Positions 27,077 to 38,188 of a stretch of DNA of 64,000 nt are shown in pieces. The stretch spans positions 12,225 through 76,224 of the IMG/VR virus record IMGVR_UViG_3300046780_000464, one strand, 5' to 3'. The notes under the pieces are model-generated. The model saw only the letters and a list, made by a program, of their open reading frames with translations. It did no database searches and was not told where the DNA came from. Position 1 is the stretch's first letter. Each line of letters opens with the position of its first letter. Both the position numbers and the translations under genes were made by a program. Origin of the DNA: a virus.

Positions 27077-27277
27077 TTAACCTTTAACCCCATAAAAGTG
27101 ACTCAATCCTTCCCAGAACGCGCGGGACGCTTCATCTAACGTTATGCCTTCTGGAATGACTACTTCCCCTGTCTTTAGATTGACTCTTACACCACAGGGG
27201 TTAAAGGTTAACCAACTATGTTCCAAGTCATTAAACTTGAGTACACTACCAGGTTGACTTGTGTAATAGTCTGTCAC
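27077..27277 (-). CDS. Hypothetical protein
   Basis: 66 aa; GTGA overlap with the MuF gene; GEVVIPEGITLDEASRAFWE. Confidence 0.6.
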   Translation of the reverse strand: MTDYYTSQPGSVLKFNDLEHSWLTFNPCGVRVNLKTGEVVIPEGITLDEASRAFWEGLSHFYGVKG

Positions 27278-28083
27278 ACTATCACCTCAGGAAGAATAGG
27301 CTCAGCGAAGCAACGGCAATTAGGAAAGTTACCAGGGTGATGGCGCTCACCACCGGCCTCAGCCACGGGTGGGTCATCCCATGATTGTATTGTCCCTTCC
27401 AAAGCCCTGTGTTCCCGCCTAACAGCCGCATCTCTTACTGTCCTCCAGATATACTGTTCTGCACCTATGTGTTGTGCGCGTGCCTGAACAATAGCCGATT
27501 GACACTTAGCCGTTTCAGTCCGCGCGATGAGGGTGGCTCTCGATACTGTAACATTACCAGAATCCCGCACCAACTGAACAAGGTCGTCATATCTGCGTCC
27601 ACCTACAACAAAGTCTTGTGTGTATTCCTGAACTCTTCTACCTGCATCAATAGGCAAAGATGTGATTAGAGTAACTTGATCATCTAACATTTGCTTGATT
27701 ACCCCACCAATAGGGGCATTCTCAATCATGTTTCTTAGCTCAACACCAATTTCCCTACTAAGCCTAAACCAGGCTCCTGCATCTCTACGTGAGACTTCAG
27801 CTATCATGCGGGCTGCAGTTACTCTAGCCCAGGGGTTAATCATTGCTGAATATCTACTAAGCAGCTCTATTAGCTGAGGTAAATGGTCTGTATCACCTGG
27901 GGTGAAACCATTAATGATCATGCCAATATTACGAGCAACTGCTCTTAGTTGTTGTGCATAATACCTTTCAGCCCGCCTTACCTTCTCAAAATGTTGCCGT
28001 TCACGTTGTAGTTGCCTACGCTGGGTAGCGGTAGGACGCCAGCGTGAACGGGCAAGTTCAGGAGGGAGACCAACTGTTCGCAT
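27274..28083 (-). CDS. Head morphogenesis protein (Mu gpF / SPP1 gp7 family), short form
   Basis: RATLIARTETAK...YIWRTVRDAAVRREHRALEG...WDDPP...HPGNFPNCRCFAEPI. Confidence 0.9.
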   Translation of the reverse strand: MRTVGLPPELARSRWRPTATQRRQLQRERQHFEKVRRAERYYAQQLRAVARNIGMIINGFTPGDTDHLPQLIELLSRYSAMINPWARVTAARMIAEVSRRDAGAWFRLSREIGVELRNMIENAPIGGVIKQMLDDQVTLITSLPIDAGRRVQEYTQDFVVGGRRYDDLVQLVRDSGNVTVSRATLIARTETAKCQSAIVQARAQHIGAEQYIWRTVRDAAVRREHRALEGTIQSWDDPPVAEAGGERHHPGNFPNCRCFAEPILPEVIV

Positions 28084-28530
28084 CTATACACGAGCAACAT
28101 GTTGCAAATCAAGAAACTGTTCAGCTTCTGCACGTCTTCTACCAATGATCTCAGGTGGTTTATTCCACATTAGAATGGCATCCGCTGCCGCTTCAATGAG
28201 ACCATCGTTAATGTGCCGCAAGAACGTGGAACCACCAAATCCACCTAAGCCAATGTTATAGGCAATCGACACTAAAGCATCAAACTGATGCTGATTAACC
28301 TCACGCTTTAGTCTTGCGGAAACACCATTCTCAAACTTGGCAATATCTCTTTCAAAGATCTCTTCTACCTCTTCCCTGGTAATAGTCAAACCAGGAGTGA
28401 CTGTTGGAGGGCCAGCCACACTGGTATGACCCACCCCAATAGTCCAGATGCCTTTGCTGTCTTGATAAGCGGTTAGCTTAACGCCTTCCCGCTCCATCAA
28501 GAGGCGACGACCATTGTCTGACATCTGCAT
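28084..28530 (-). CDS. Endolysin, GH24 phage lysozyme
   Basis: LMEREGVKLTAYQDSKGIWTIGVGHT (E-x8-D-x5-T triad), NQHQFDALVS..YNIG, RRRAEAEQF. Confidence 0.92.
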   Translation of the reverse strand: MQMSDNGRRLLMEREGVKLTAYQDSKGIWTIGVGHTSVAGPPTVTPGLTITREEVEEIFERDIAKFENGVSARLKREVNQHQFDALVSIAYNIGLGGFGGSTFLRHINDGLIEAAADAILMWNKPPEIIGRRRAEAEQFLDLQHVARV

Positions 28531-28657
28531 GATGAATGCCTATTTACAGGGTGTACATCGAGGTGAAGTATCCTAGCTATGCTGCGGTACTCGACGCTCC
28601 GGTAATACCGCTAGAATCGCCTGGAAAACGATGTATGAGTGAGTATTAGTAGGGAAC

Positions 28658-28849
28658 TTAGCGACTAGGCGGTGGGAGCACCGTCATCAAGCAAATCAAT
28701 GACAATAAAGTGAGGGGAATAGGCCTGACACTAACCCAATAGAAAGTAACTATGGGATGTGTTAACAGCATCCCAAGAAAACTAAACCACAGCACCAGCA
28801 CCACACCACGTAGCCAGAGTACTATAAACAACACAACAACCAACCCCAT
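28658..28849 (-). CDS. Small membrane protein (holin/antiholin candidate)
   Basis: 63 aa from ATG 28849, almost entirely hydrophobic; upstream of the endolysin. Confidence 0.4.
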   Translation of the reverse strand: MGLVVVLFIVLWLRGVVLVLWFSFLGMLLTHPIVTFYWVSVRPIPLTLLSLICLMTVLPPPSR

Positions 28850-28977
28850 GACAAGATAATCATCAACTCTAGTATACGAATTGGAATATCGGCTTTGTAG
28901 CAAGCCAACAATACAAACACCAGCACTATCTGAGAGACAAAGATCAACCCCAACGCATCATTTAGTACCAGGCTCAT
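28822..28977 (-). CDS. Small two-TM membrane protein (holin candidate), absent from the ORF track
   Basis: Hand translation MSLVLNDALGLIFVSQIVLVFVLLACYKADIPIRILELMIILSWGWLLCCL; ATGA coupling to the upstream gene. Confidence 0.5.
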   Translation of the reverse strand: MSLVLNDALGLIFVSQIVLVFVLLACYKADIPIRILELMIILSWGWLLCCL

Positions 28978-29294
28978 CTAACAAAGGCAATAGCCTTATC
29001 AAAGATGGCTAAGACTTCCTCCTTGGTCCGCCTGTGTTTGTCTTGCCAAGCTATTATGGACCAATCATGACCCAAGGCCTCTTGCAGGCGCATCATTGCC
29101 TTAAACCTAAGCGACCTGTAGGACTTGAAACTATCAGTGATCTCTTTCAGAGAACGGAATCCAATCGCACCCAACATACAGTACTCTTGTTGGTTGGTTC
29201 GAAAGGTACCCTGACACCACCCTGCTTCAACTCTTTCCCGTGCAATAATCAACCTACGGGTTATCGGATCAAAGCCTGTACCATCAAACGGCAT
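28974..29294 (-). CDS. DUF6197-like hypothetical protein
   Basis: GWCQGTF...YCMLGAI...AWQDKHRRTKEEVLAIFDKAI. Confidence 0.6.
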   Translation of the reverse strand: MPFDGTGFDPITRRLIIARERVEAGWCQGTFRTNQQEYCMLGAIGFRSLKEITDSFKSYRSLRFKAMMRLQEALGHDWSIIAWQDKHRRTKEEVLAIFDKAIAFVR

Positions 29295-29323
29295 AACAAT
29301 TTCTCCCCTATCAAAAGTGCGGG

Positions 29324-29485
29324 CTACTCTTTACCGGCTCCCACCTGCCCCTCATCATCGCCCGTCGCTCCCGACCGCACAGCGATGATATCGGACCTCC
29401 GCTCCACTTCACCTGGCGCCAGGTATGGCAGGGGCCGCCATGACATTGTTTCACTTCGGGGTTCGTCATGCTCCACTATAGGCAT
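29324..29485 (-). CDS. Small hypothetical protein
   Basis: ATG 29485 behind GGGAGG; 53 aa. Confidence 0.45.
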   Translation of the reverse strand: MPIVEHDEPRSETMSWRPLPYLAPGEVERRSDIIAVRSGATGDDEGQVGAGKE

Positions 29486-29499
29486 CACTACCTCCCAAC

Positions 29500-30342
29500 C
29501 TAAGTCAACCAAGGTCCTCCAAACCTACCATAAGGCCAACCAAAGTAAGTTGGAAACCTAACAGGTCCAGGTACATAATGGAAGGTACGATAAGCAGCCG
29601 TAGCCTTCCAAAACAAAGCACCATACTGGGTCATCAAATACCAGCTCTGAGTACCTGTAACACCAGGGAATCCCTCTGACGAAACGCTCACACCATTCAC
29701 AGATTTGCTGTTAATTCTGCCCACCATTCCACTACCACCATACCCACCCATGCCAGGTCCACCTGGTCCTGCAAACAGTGTTGCAATGTGAGCAGTCAAC
29801 AATGCCAACAAATAGGCTCTTGTATCTAGATCCTGCTCAGGACTAGTCGCATCATTTCTAAATATCAATCCTGCAGTAATCCACATCCTTTCTAAGGCGT
29901 CACTATCTGTACCACTAAACTGAGGAAAAGCACTAGTAAATCTATCATAATCAAACTTGACAACAAATGCGTCCTCTGGTGGCAAGACAGGTTCTTGCCA
30001 TGTCATACAAACACATTCACCAGACTTCAATAAAATCCTTCCGTCATCTAGGGCTACTTGAGCAGTCAATACATAGATACATTGGTCAACCATATCTCCT
30101 ACTAGTTGACTGGTCTTATACTGATCAAATACAGGTGCACCAATCAACCTAGACAATGGTGTCAAGTCAAGAGTCGGATCTGATGTTGGTTCAATATCAA
30201 TAGTCCATAATGCTGACTGGATAACGGGACTGGTATTAGTAGCACCTGGCGGGACATTACCAATTTCATTGGTAAAGTCAAAGGTAAAGTAGTCCCGCAC
30301 AGGTGCTGGGAGTATGGGTCCAAATGTTGTATCGGACGCCAT
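29500..30342 (-). CDS. Head-tail adaptor (DUF4054-like) with an extra N-terminal domain of about 120 aa
   Basis: C-half FDYDRFTSAFPQF...LLALLTAHIATL...VGRINSKSVNGVSVS...WYLMTQYGALFWKATAAYRTFHY; N-half RDYFTFDF..EIG...IQSALWTI resembles fibre-adaptor beta-sandwiches. Confidence 0.8.
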   Translation of the reverse strand: MASDTTFGPILPAPVRDYFTFDFTNEIGNVPPGATNTSPVIQSALWTIDIEPTSDPTLDLTPLSRLIGAPVFDQYKTSQLVGDMVDQCIYVLTAQVALDDGRILLKSGECVCMTWQEPVLPPEDAFVVKFDYDRFTSAFPQFSGTDSDALERMWITAGLIFRNDATSPEQDLDTRAYLLALLTAHIATLFAGPGGPGMGGYGGSGMVGRINSKSVNGVSVSSEGFPGVTGTQSWYLMTQYGALFWKATAAYRTFHYVPGPVRFPTYFGWPYGRFGGPWLT

Positions 30343-30893
30343 TACCTATTGCCTTCCCCTTGCTCAAGGATGCCAAGCCTGAGTCTTCTGTCTACACCAC
30401 CCATCTTGGCACTGGGATTATTACGGTCCAGAGGTTCTAGACCCGTAACAACACTAGTCAATTGCTTGCATTCGGTAATCAGTGTTGCCCTATCCTTATG
30501 GGCCAAGACAACCTGGTTTTTGACCAGATCACTGGTCTTATTCTGCATATGCCAGCCATCCCATACATCTTTGGGACAACCTTCTGTTATCGCATAACCA
30601 CCAGGTAACAATTCAGTGACTGCACTACTGAAATTGTATGCCTGGCCTGCTGTGGCGATCCAAGGACCGCGACAAACAAACTGGGCGCCTTCAACAGGGA
30701 TGGCTCTACGCGATTCTTTCATTGTACCATCCCGCAGCGGCTCCATATATTCTTGCCACTGAAATACCCGCAAGACAATCCCTGATGGGAGCTTACAGGC
30801 GACATATACAGTGTCGCCCGTTGTTGCTCCTCTTGAGAACGGGACCGCTGGACGCGGTGGCTGGGGTGGCGGGACTTGCATACTATCAGCCAT
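30342..30893 (-). CDS. Conserved virion protein following the major capsid gene
   Basis: VYVACKLPSGIVL...GYAITEGCPKDVWDGW...TGLEPLD; TAATG coupling; conserved position in this phage type. Confidence 0.7.
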   Translation of the reverse strand: MADSMQVPPPQPPRPAVPFSRGATTGDTVYVACKLPSGIVLRVFQWQEYMEPLRDGTMKESRRAIPVEGAQFVCRGPWIATAGQAYNFSSAVTELLPGGYAITEGCPKDVWDGWHMQNKTSDLVKNQVVLAHKDRATLITECKQLTSVVTGLEPLDRNNPSAKMGGVDRRLRLGILEQGEGNR

Positions 30894-30955
30894 GATTACC
30901 TTTTACCTCCTATCATTTCAAACATTGTTAGGGGGACCAGTTTCCCCCTAACTGC

Positions 30956-32125
30956 CTAGACACCAATCATTGAGACGACAGCTGCCGGCATCCGCACCAC
31001 TGTGCCCCAAGTACCTGCACTGACCTTCTGAGAGAAGGACGAACGAGCGCGAATAACAGGGTGAGCCCGCATTTTTTCCGAGTACGCCGGAAAGGCAAAC
31101 TTCTGACCTTCAACTTCATTGGCGAACAGCTGTACAAACTCGCCAGCTGCCACACCTTGCGGCATGATTGGTCCACGAGCCGCATATTGCGGGATCGTAA
31201 TCAGCTTGATATTGCCAAAGTTCTTGTCGATCAGGTCACGCACATTGACACCGAAGCTGTTGGTGATCGTCAGGGCGACTTGTGAACCAGGCGACATTGC
31301 CAAGGTCATTGATGTATCCGTGTCGATCAACCCACCGGTCTGCAAGACCAGTTGGTAGAATAGTGTCTCAATGTCGGCATAGACCTCGTTTGCCGTGGCG
31401 TTCATGACCCCATTGATGATCCAACGTGGGCTGTTGCCAGTCGCTGCCTTTGGCGCAGGGCTGAGGGCTGCAGTCAGATTGGGATCATTGGTCATGCCAT
31501 AGTTCTGGAGCCCACCAACACCAAACAGGTAGGCAAGGTTCATGAACTTGGCAATAGTCTGGGCTGCTGCACGATCGATCTCAGATACCCAGTTGACGCG
31601 GGCAAGACCACCGCGCTCTACTTCCCGCTCACCATACTCTTTGATGACCTGGAAGAGGTAGTTTTGCCTAGCCGGCCACCCAACATTGATCCCGGCGTTG
31701 CCGTTCTCATTGTAGTCGCCATAGCTAGACACTTCACCAGTCGCCTCGACGACCGGGAAGTAGATGATGTCTTGCAGCCAATCACCACGCTTGACTTCAC
31801 CACCAAGCGCTTCCGCTGCCTTGTTCGGGCTGAACAAGATACGAAAGACCTCGGGGTCAATAGTCGTAGTAAGCAGGGCGGGGATTGCCGAGTTCGGGTC
31901 AGTATATAGTGGAGGCGGTGCATCCATCGCCATACTATTATGGCCGTATCCACCATAACCCCAAGAATCCTGGGCCATCTGGAGCATCTCGTCCTGGGCC
32001 AGTTGTGGGTTGTTCTTCCAAGACTCCGGCGTGTATGCCGTAATCGCGGGAAGATATACACCACGATTTTCCCATTCCGCACGATCAGCCGACCAGGCAG
32101 CCCGCGCACCACTAAAATTTTGCAT
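30956..32125 (-). CDS. Major capsid protein (DUF2184-like, HK97 fold) with a probably cleaved N-terminal propeptide
   Basis: AMDAPPPLYTDPNSAIPALLTTTIDPEV...KRGDW...FPVVEATGEVSSYGDY...RQNYLFQ...YGEREVERGG; high-GC3 codon use. Confidence 0.92.
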   Translation of the reverse strand: MQNFSGARAAWSADRAEWENRGVYLPAITAYTPESWKNNPQLAQDEMLQMAQDSWGYGGYGHNSMAMDAPPPLYTDPNSAIPALLTTTIDPEVFRILFSPNKAAEALGGEVKRGDWLQDIIYFPVVEATGEVSSYGDYNENGNAGINVGWPARQNYLFQVIKEYGEREVERGGLARVNWVSEIDRAAAQTIAKFMNLAYLFGVGGLQNYGMTNDPNLTAALSPAPKAATGNSPRWIINGVMNATANEVYADIETLFYQLVLQTGGLIDTDTSMTLAMSPGSQVALTITNSFGVNVRDLIDKNFGNIKLITIPQYAARGPIMPQGVAAGEFVQLFANEVEGQKFAFPAYSEKMRAHPVIRARSSFSQKVSAGTWGTVVRMPAAVVSMIGV

Positions 32126-32208
32126 TTGTTCCTCCGGAATAAAGGATTACCGCCTGGTGATCCTTGCGGTAGTTACTGTATTAGTGGTGGGACTAAGCCC
32201 ACCACTTC

Positions 32209-33180
32209 TTAGCCAAGCGGCCAGCTGGACATCTTGATGATTTCGCCTGCCGCACCTGCGCTGGTCGCAAACCACTTGGTCTCAATTGCGTCAGTGGCGC
32301 CAAGAGAAGCAGAGGCAACCACTGTGTTATTGTCCACAGCATAGGTACCAAGGCCACCCGTACCAGTCAGACCGTAGTTTGGGCCCATTGCCGTGATGGA
32401 AGTACCAGCAACAACAGTACCACCCGACAGCGCATCACCAACCTCGATTGGAGTTGCACCGGCGACGGTGACAGTCATCGTACCATAGGTACCAGCAATT
32501 GCTGTGGAGGCAACAGTCTGCTCGGCAATGCTGACTGCATAAGTACCAACACCACCAGGTGTAGCACCACTCAACTGACCGAGAATCCTGGTACCCGTTA
32601 CAACATTGGTACCAGAGATTGTGGAACCAGGTACCACAGAACCAGCCCCAACTGCACTAACAGTCAAGACATTACCAGCAATTGAGCCGGTGGCACTAAA
32701 GGTTGATGCTGCGACCGAACTAGTCACGGTCGCTGCACCCGGGGCAGTACCTGTTGCACCAAATACCACAGCACCATCGCTCAGACGAGCAAAGGCCTTC
32801 ATCCCATACTGGGCATAGGTAGTACCCCGATTGAGAACAAAGAACCCACCAGCCTGATGGAGAGTAATGGGGAAGCCACCGGGGACCAGCATACTGACAC
32901 CACCAAGGTAACTGGTGATCAGGCCCTGCTGTTCACGATGAACAAACCCTGCCGGTGCAATAACACCACCAATAGCGCGGGTGTGAACCAAGGTCGGAGC
33001 ATTGTTCGGGTCGATGATGCTGGCATCAAGCCAACCAAACCGAGCAACAGTCACGCCCTCAGATGCAGCAACCAGCCCACCGGGGCCAGCATCCACGGTG
33101 GCCCGCGGATTGTGGTCGCAAAAGTCACCTTCTACACCAGGTGCCTGTTGCGGATAAACCTGAGCTTGAAACAAAGGCAT
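32209..33180 (-). CDS. Head decoration / cement protein with inserted Ala/Gly/Thr-rich domains
   Basis: FQAQVYPQQAPGVEGDFCDHNPRA...GLVAASEGVTVARFGW...GFVHREQQGLIT; ATG 33180 behind GGAGG; between protease and capsid genes. Confidence 0.8.
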   Translation of the reverse strand: MPLFQAQVYPQQAPGVEGDFCDHNPRATVDAGPGGLVAASEGVTVARFGWLDASIIDPNNAPTLVHTRAIGGVIAPAGFVHREQQGLITSYLGGVSMLVPGGFPITLHQAGGFFVLNRGTTYAQYGMKAFARLSDGAVVFGATGTAPGAATVTSSVAASTFSATGSIAGNVLTVSAVGAGSVVPGSTISGTNVVTGTRILGQLSGATPGGVGTYAVSIAEQTVASTAIAGTYGTMTVTVAGATPIEVGDALSGGTVVAGTSITAMGPNYGLTGTGGLGTYAVDNNTVVASASLGATDAIETKWFATSAGAAGEIIKMSSWPLG

Positions 33181-33219
33181 TGAAACCTCCATATAGTTAC
33201 TAGTACACCACCTCAGGAT

Positions 33220-34917
33220 TTACTGAATAGTGATGTTCTTGGTGAAGTCGAACCGCTCAGCGAACGAGCCACCTTCAATCTTGGCGTCCGCTGCCATGCG
33301 CGGGCCACCCTGATTGGGACGACGGGCGCCGGGGCGAGGCTGCGCTTCAAGCACAGGCAACAAGGCATCCGGATGCATCTTGTCGACCTTCTTGGCGTCC
33401 ATACCGAGTGCCTTTAGGGCGGTACGGTAAACATCGGACGGCCGAGCAGCATCCATGGCCAGGTCACCAACCCAAGGACGAACAAAGCGCTCAGCTGCGC
33501 GAATGTTCTTCTGGGTCTGGACAGTACGAGCAACAGCGCGCTTGATTGCCGCGTCCATTGCCGTCTTTGTCACCGGCTCGGATTGCTCAGAGGGGACGAC
33601 TTCATCCTCCGCTGCCTTCTTTTTGGGATTGCCTTCTTCGTCAAGCTCCTCTTCCTCTTCGTCGCTCACGCAATCTTCGAGCTCGTTCTCGTCCATACCG
33701 CCAATGGCGGTCGGGGGCGGAATTTCACTGGGCATACCTTGATCTCCTCCGTTTCCATTGGGGTCTTTACTCTGTTGCTGCTCACCGCCACCACCACCAT
33801 TGTCAGGAGGAGGAGCGCCGACGCCTCCACTGAGGTCAGGATCAGGATTGCCTTCCTCAGCGAGAAATGCGTCAAGGTTCTGCAAGATCTCGGGCGATAC
33901 CCCTTCTTGCTCAAGGTATGCCTTAATCTTTGCTACAACATCTTCGGGGTCACCATCTTCCTCTGTCTGTGCACCCATAGGCGGCCCAGCATTGGGCTCC
34001 GTCTGCATGGGCGGCGGCCCACCCTGAGGCATCCCACCACCCATCTCAGCATCTGCCATACCAGCAGAAGGAGACAATGCGTCCAAAAGGTTGGCTAAAT
34101 CCTGGATATCAGCATCCTTGGCCAACTTGCCTTTGGTCGCATACTTGACCGTCTTGATGATGTCGGTCTTTCTGCTGTTAAAGTTCTTTGACGTAACTCC
34201 ACGCACAATGGAGTTATAGTCAAGGGGTGCAGCATCTTGAGCGAGGCGCGGTGTGAGATAGGTAAGCAGAGCACCTTTGGCAACCATAGCTGCCGGCGCT
34301 AGTTTCGGCATAGCGGGACTCCTTTCCTTAAGAGCAGCATCTTGGACGACAACATCGGCACCAGCCCTGCCATCCTCTACTAGGGCAACATGATTACCAC
34401 GTATGTTAGTCATAATCCCATCGTAGTGTTGACCCTCATACATACCAGGCTGCATTAAAGGGTCGTAATGGTAAGCACAAGACAGTTCCTTTTGCTCACC
34501 ATCCTCAATTGCGTCAATTGCTGGCTTGGTCCAAAAGACCAAACTATTCTTTAGGTAAGGATGCTGATACATAGCATCAGTACCGGTAGAACCCACTACT
34601 AAATCAGCTGGATGCTTTTCTGAATTAACTGGTTGATGCTTTGCTAAGATTGGCAAGTTATTGAATGTTCTTGCAGCCTTTTGTAGTTCTTTGGGATGCC
34701 TTAACAACCAATACTTTCTAGCGGGGTCAAGACCAAGTCTCTCAAAATCCGGAATCTCTTCACCCCAATATGGATTAACCGTTGCCTTAGATATGTTTGA
34801 CATCCCGACGTGCATATGCCCATCTTCACTAACCCTGCGCACAGATGGGTTTTGATCCATCGCAATAGGACTGGATTGCGACTTGAGTGGGTTAAATGCT
34901 CCAACCATTGCGATCAT
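33220..34917 (-). CDS. Prohead protease (DUF2213-like) fused to an acidic scaffolding region
   Basis: [14 protein letters not shown]...LRHPKEL...FNNLPIL..H...KELSCAY.YD...[12 protein letters not shown]; acidic Gly/Pro-rich C-terminus. Confidence 0.9.
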   Translation of the reverse strand: MIAMVGAFNPLKSQSSPIAMDQNPSVRRVSEDGHMHVGMSNISKATVNPYWGEEIPDFERLGLDPARKYWLLRHPKELQKAARTFNNLPILAKHQPVNSEKHPADLVVGSTGTDAMYQHPYLKNSLVFWTKPAIDAIEDGEQKELSCAYHYDPLMQPGMYEGQHYDGIMTNIRGNHVALVEDGRAGADVVVQDAALKERSPAMPKLAPAAMVAKGALLTYLTPRLAQDAAPLDYNSIVRGVTSKNFNSRKTDIIKTVKYATKGKLAKDADIQDLANLLDALSPSAGMADAEMGGGMPQGGPPPMQTEPNAGPPMGAQTEEDGDPEDVVAKIKAYLEQEGVSPEILQNLDAFLAEEGNPDPDLSGGVGAPPPDNGGGGGEQQQSKDPNGNGGDQGMPSEIPPPTAIGGMDENELEDCVSDEEEEELDEEGNPKKKAAEDEVVPSEQSEPVTKTAMDAAIKRAVARTVQTQKNIRAAERFVRPWVGDLAMDAARPSDVYRTALKALGMDAKKVDKMHPDALLPVLEAQPRPGARRPNQGGPRMAADAKIEGGSFAERFDFTKNITIQ

Positions 34918-37900
34918 GCGGCAATCCTACGACGGGATGGGACAGATATTGTCCTATTTCCATTACCACCAGATCCACTCGTTCGATTTGGTGCAGTGCC
35001 CATACTTGTTCGACCACCATTTCCATTACCAGCAACAACTAACCTATCAGGGTTATCACTGACTAATATCCTATCAGGTGGTGTACCTGGTATTACACCA
35101 GGAATAGCGGGGAACCAAGCAGCACCAAGAGAGGCATATCCACTAAATGAATCGCTTGTCTCTATTACTTCAAGATCTGCTGTAATCTTATCAACAAAGC
35201 AAGTTGCACTTACTACATTATCATTTTGAGCAAGTCGTAAAGTACCTACAATATTTACAGTACCAGTAGCCGTGATAGTATTTGAATCTTGTATTTGGTT
35301 GAGTGTACCACCAATAACTGCTTCTACGGTGGCAGTGATCGTCTGTGAGGCTTGAATTTCACTAAGTACAGCACCGGTAACAGGACCACCTATTGCGACT
35401 ACAGTATTAGATGCTTGTATTTGATTGAGGTGGCCACTAACAACAGAACCACCTATTGCGACTACAATATTAGATGCTTGTATTTGATTTAATGTACCAG
35501 TAACAACAAGAGGTAACGTACCAGTTGCTGTTAACGTATTTGGTGTCTGTAAAACGCTAAGAGTACCACCAATACCAGAAAGAACAGACCCGGTAGCAGA
35601 TACAATATTTGACGCTTGAAGCTGACTTAATGTACCAGTAACAACAACCACACCAGTAGAAACTATTGTATTGTCTGCTTGTACTCGATTAAGAACGCCA
35701 CTAACAGTGATTGTACCAGTGGCCGTGATTGTTTGTGTAGCTTGAAGCTGACTAAGAACACCACCAACAACCAGACTGCCCGTCGCGACTAAAGTATTTG
35801 GTGGTTGTAACTGGCCTAATGTACCAGTAACGGTTACCCTGGCAACTGCTGATAAAGTATTTGATGCTTGTAGTTGACTTAATATACCAGAAACAACAAA
35901 TGGTACATTACCGGTTGCTGATATCGTTTGTGATGCTTGAAGAACATTAAGAGCGCCACCAATACCAGAAAGAACCGAGCCAGCTGCTACTAAGGTATTT
36001 GGCGGTTGTAACTGACCAAGAGTACCAGTAATAGTGACTCTAGCAATTGCTGATAAAGTATTAGGTACCTGAGCTTGACTTAAGGCACCAGTAACAGCAA
36101 GAGTACCGACTGCTGTTAATATATTTGAGGCCTGAGATAGATTAAGTGTACCTGTAACAGTGATTCTAGCTACTGCTGATAAAGTATTAGGTGCCTGTAA
36201 TTGACTTAGCGTCCCAAGAATGATAACAGTACCAGTGGACGCAATAGTTTGTGGTACTTGTAATGCGGATAGTGTGCCAACTGCTGGGACTGTGCCAGTT
36301 GCCGTTAGTGTTTGATTAGACTGAAGAACACCAAGGGAACCAGTAATACCACTTAGAACAGTGCCAGTTGCTGCCACAATTTGAGCAGCTTGACTTTGAC
36401 TAAGCGCACCACTAACAACAGTACTACCAGTAGCAACCAGAGTATTTGAGGCCTGAGATAGATTAAGTGTACCTGTAACAGTTACTCTGGCAATCGATGA
36501 TAAAGTATTAGGTGCTTGTGACTGGCTTAATGTACCACGTATGGTCACAGTACCAGTAGAGGAGATGGTCTGTGACGTCTGAACAATAGAGAGATTACCA
36601 ATTACTGGAACATTGCCAGCAGCAGTTATCGTATCGAGCGCTTCAATCTGGGAGAGATTACCACTAACACCACTTAGAACAGTGCCAGTTGCTATCAGTG
36701 TATCAGGGCTTTCGGTGACCGATAATGTGCCGGTAATGGCGAGGGGAGCCGTGCCTGTCGCCGACAGCGTGTCGGCAGTCTCGGTGACCGCCAGAGTGCC
36801 AATTATACCAGTATCAGCGATCTGGTAAACCGGTTGCACCGCACCGGGATGCGTATAGTTGGTAACACCGGTTGTCTGCCCCGCCCTGTGCTGCGGGAAG
36901 GCGGGGGGCCAAGCAACAGCTACCAACCCACTGATCGCTGGCTGCACCGCACCCGGTGCGTCAAAATTTGTTACACCTAAACTTTGCCCTGCGCCGTGTT
37001 GCGGGAAGGCTGGGGGCCATGGGGCGACCGCTATCGGAGCCGCTGGACCTTCCGCCGTTGCGACGAGAGTGTCAGAAATCTCGGTAACAGCGAGCGTTCC
37101 GGTTACCGACAGGATCAATACGCCCGTTGCGACGAGCGTATCGGGGGCCTCAATCTTTGTCAGTGTGCCGACATAGGGAGTTCTGCCGGTCGCCGTGACA
37201 GTATCGGGAGCCTCAGTCTTTGTCAGCGAGCCAACATAAGGAACATTACCAGTTGCTGTGACAGTATCGGAAATCTCAGTAACAGCAAGCGTGCCGGTCG
37301 CGGCGGCAACAAAATCAGCGGTGGTGATCGATGAGGTGCCGATACGGAAGAAAACGTTGTCGTTGTTACTCGATCCGGCAGTGGTTTCCTGCCACTCTAC
37401 CTGAAAAAACAGATATGCGTTGTTGAGGACTATCTGTCCTGGCGAGGCGGTAATCGAACTATTTGTGTCGGCGGTAGTTGAGAGCGTGACAGTCGCGCCC
37501 GCCGTATTGGCGATAAGCTGAGTGGCAACGGCTCCGCTAAAGTTAGTTGACCGGTACATCTTCATGTTGACGTGGCCGATACAACCTGCCGTCCCGGCCC
37601 GCATGTTGAAATTGAACGTCCAGGCCGTGGCAGCGAAGGTGCCGGTTAACGGCCCAACGACAAAACAATCACCAGCCGTACCACCACCAGTTCCCGTTCC
37701 CACAGTGGGACCGCTTGTCGAGGCGTTGTAACTGGCGGAAAGAGCGGGATCGGTGCTAGTCGCCGTCGCGCCAAGATGGCCGCGATAATACGGTGTGGTG
37801 ATCGCAGTTTTGGCTGGTGCCCAACCAAAGGCCGAATTAGCTGCGGTCGGCGCTGAACCGTTAAGCTGAGTGTTGCCCCAGAAGTATGGGGTAACCGCTG

Positions 37901-37934
37901 GCGTTCCGAGAAGGTAGATGGTCTGAACAGCCAT
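34914..37934 (-). CDS. 1006-aa repeat fibre-like virion protein
   Basis: Dozens of (V/I)xGxLxxxQxxxT(L/I)xAxG repeats of about 20-22 aa; 40-bp exact DNA repeat at 36122-36161 and 36443-36482. Confidence 0.75.
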   Translation of the reverse strand: MAVQTIYLLGTPAVTPYFWGNTQLNGSAPTAANSAFGWAPAKTAITTPYYRGHLGATATSTDPALSASYNASTSGPTVGTGTGGGTAGDCFVVGPLTGTFAATAWTFNFNMRAGTAGCIGHVNMKMYRSTNFSGAVATQLIANTAGATVTLSTTADTNSSITASPGQIVLNNAYLFFQVEWQETTAGSSNNDNVFFRIGTSSITTADFVAAATGTLAVTEISDTVTATGNVPYVGSLTKTEAPDTVTATGRTPYVGTLTKIEAPDTLVATGVLILSVTGTLAVTEISDTLVATAEGPAAPIAVAPWPPAFPQHGAGQSLGVTNFDAPGAVQPAISGLVAVAWPPAFPQHRAGQTTGVTNYTHPGAVQPVYQIADTGIIGTLAVTETADTLSATGTAPLAITGTLSVTESPDTLIATGTVLSGVSGNLSQIEALDTITAAGNVPVIGNLSIVQTSQTISSTGTVTIRGTLSQSQAPNTLSSIARVTVTGTLNLSQASNTLVATGSTVVSGALSQSQAAQIVAATGTVLSGITGSLGVLQSNQTLTATGTVPAVGTLSALQVPQTIASTGTVIILGTLSQLQAPNTLSAVARITVTGTLNLSQASNILTAVGTLAVTGALSQAQVPNTLSAIARVTITGTLGQLQPPNTLVAAGSVLSGIGGALNVLQASQTISATGNVPFVVSGILSQLQASNTLSAVARVTVTGTLGQLQPPNTLVATGSLVVGGVLSQLQATQTITATGTITVSGVLNRVQADNTIVSTGVVVVTGTLSQLQASNIVSATGSVLSGIGGTLSVLQTPNTLTATGTLPLVVTGTLNQIQASNIVVAIGGSVVSGHLNQIQASNTVVAIGGPVTGAVLSEIQASQTITATVEAVIGGTLNQIQDSNTITATGTVNIVGTLRLAQNDNVVSATCFVDKITADLEVIETSDSFSGYASLGAAWFPAIPGVIPGTPPDRILVSDNPDRLVVAGNGNGGRTSMGTAPNRTSGSGGNGNRTISVPSRRRIAA

Positions 37935-38188
37935 CAGTCATCTCGCCACTCAAAGCTGAAAGTGCAGCGATCGTAATTCCTAATTTGGTGGGGATGATCT
38001 GGCCACACATTGCAACCGCGCGACCAATAAGTGTTCTGACTGTCGTGTATGGCGCAAAGACGCTGACCGTCCTCTTCACGTTCTAGAAACGGGCAGGCAC
38101 CATCTGGTTGTGCTGGAAGGTTACCGACACCACCCCGGCAACAATCACCGCATTTACAGCATTCGCCAGAGCGGACCCACGCCATCAC
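37934..38188 (-). CDS. YkgJ-like CxxCxxCC cysteine-cluster protein (Zn or Fe-S binding)
   Basis: GECCKCGDCC...CPFL......LCAIH......GCNVWP. Confidence 0.75.
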   Translation of the reverse strand: MMAWVRSGECCKCGDCCRGGVGNLPAQPDGACPFLEREEDGQRLCAIHDSQNTYWSRGCNVWPDHPHQIRNYDRCTFSFEWRDD

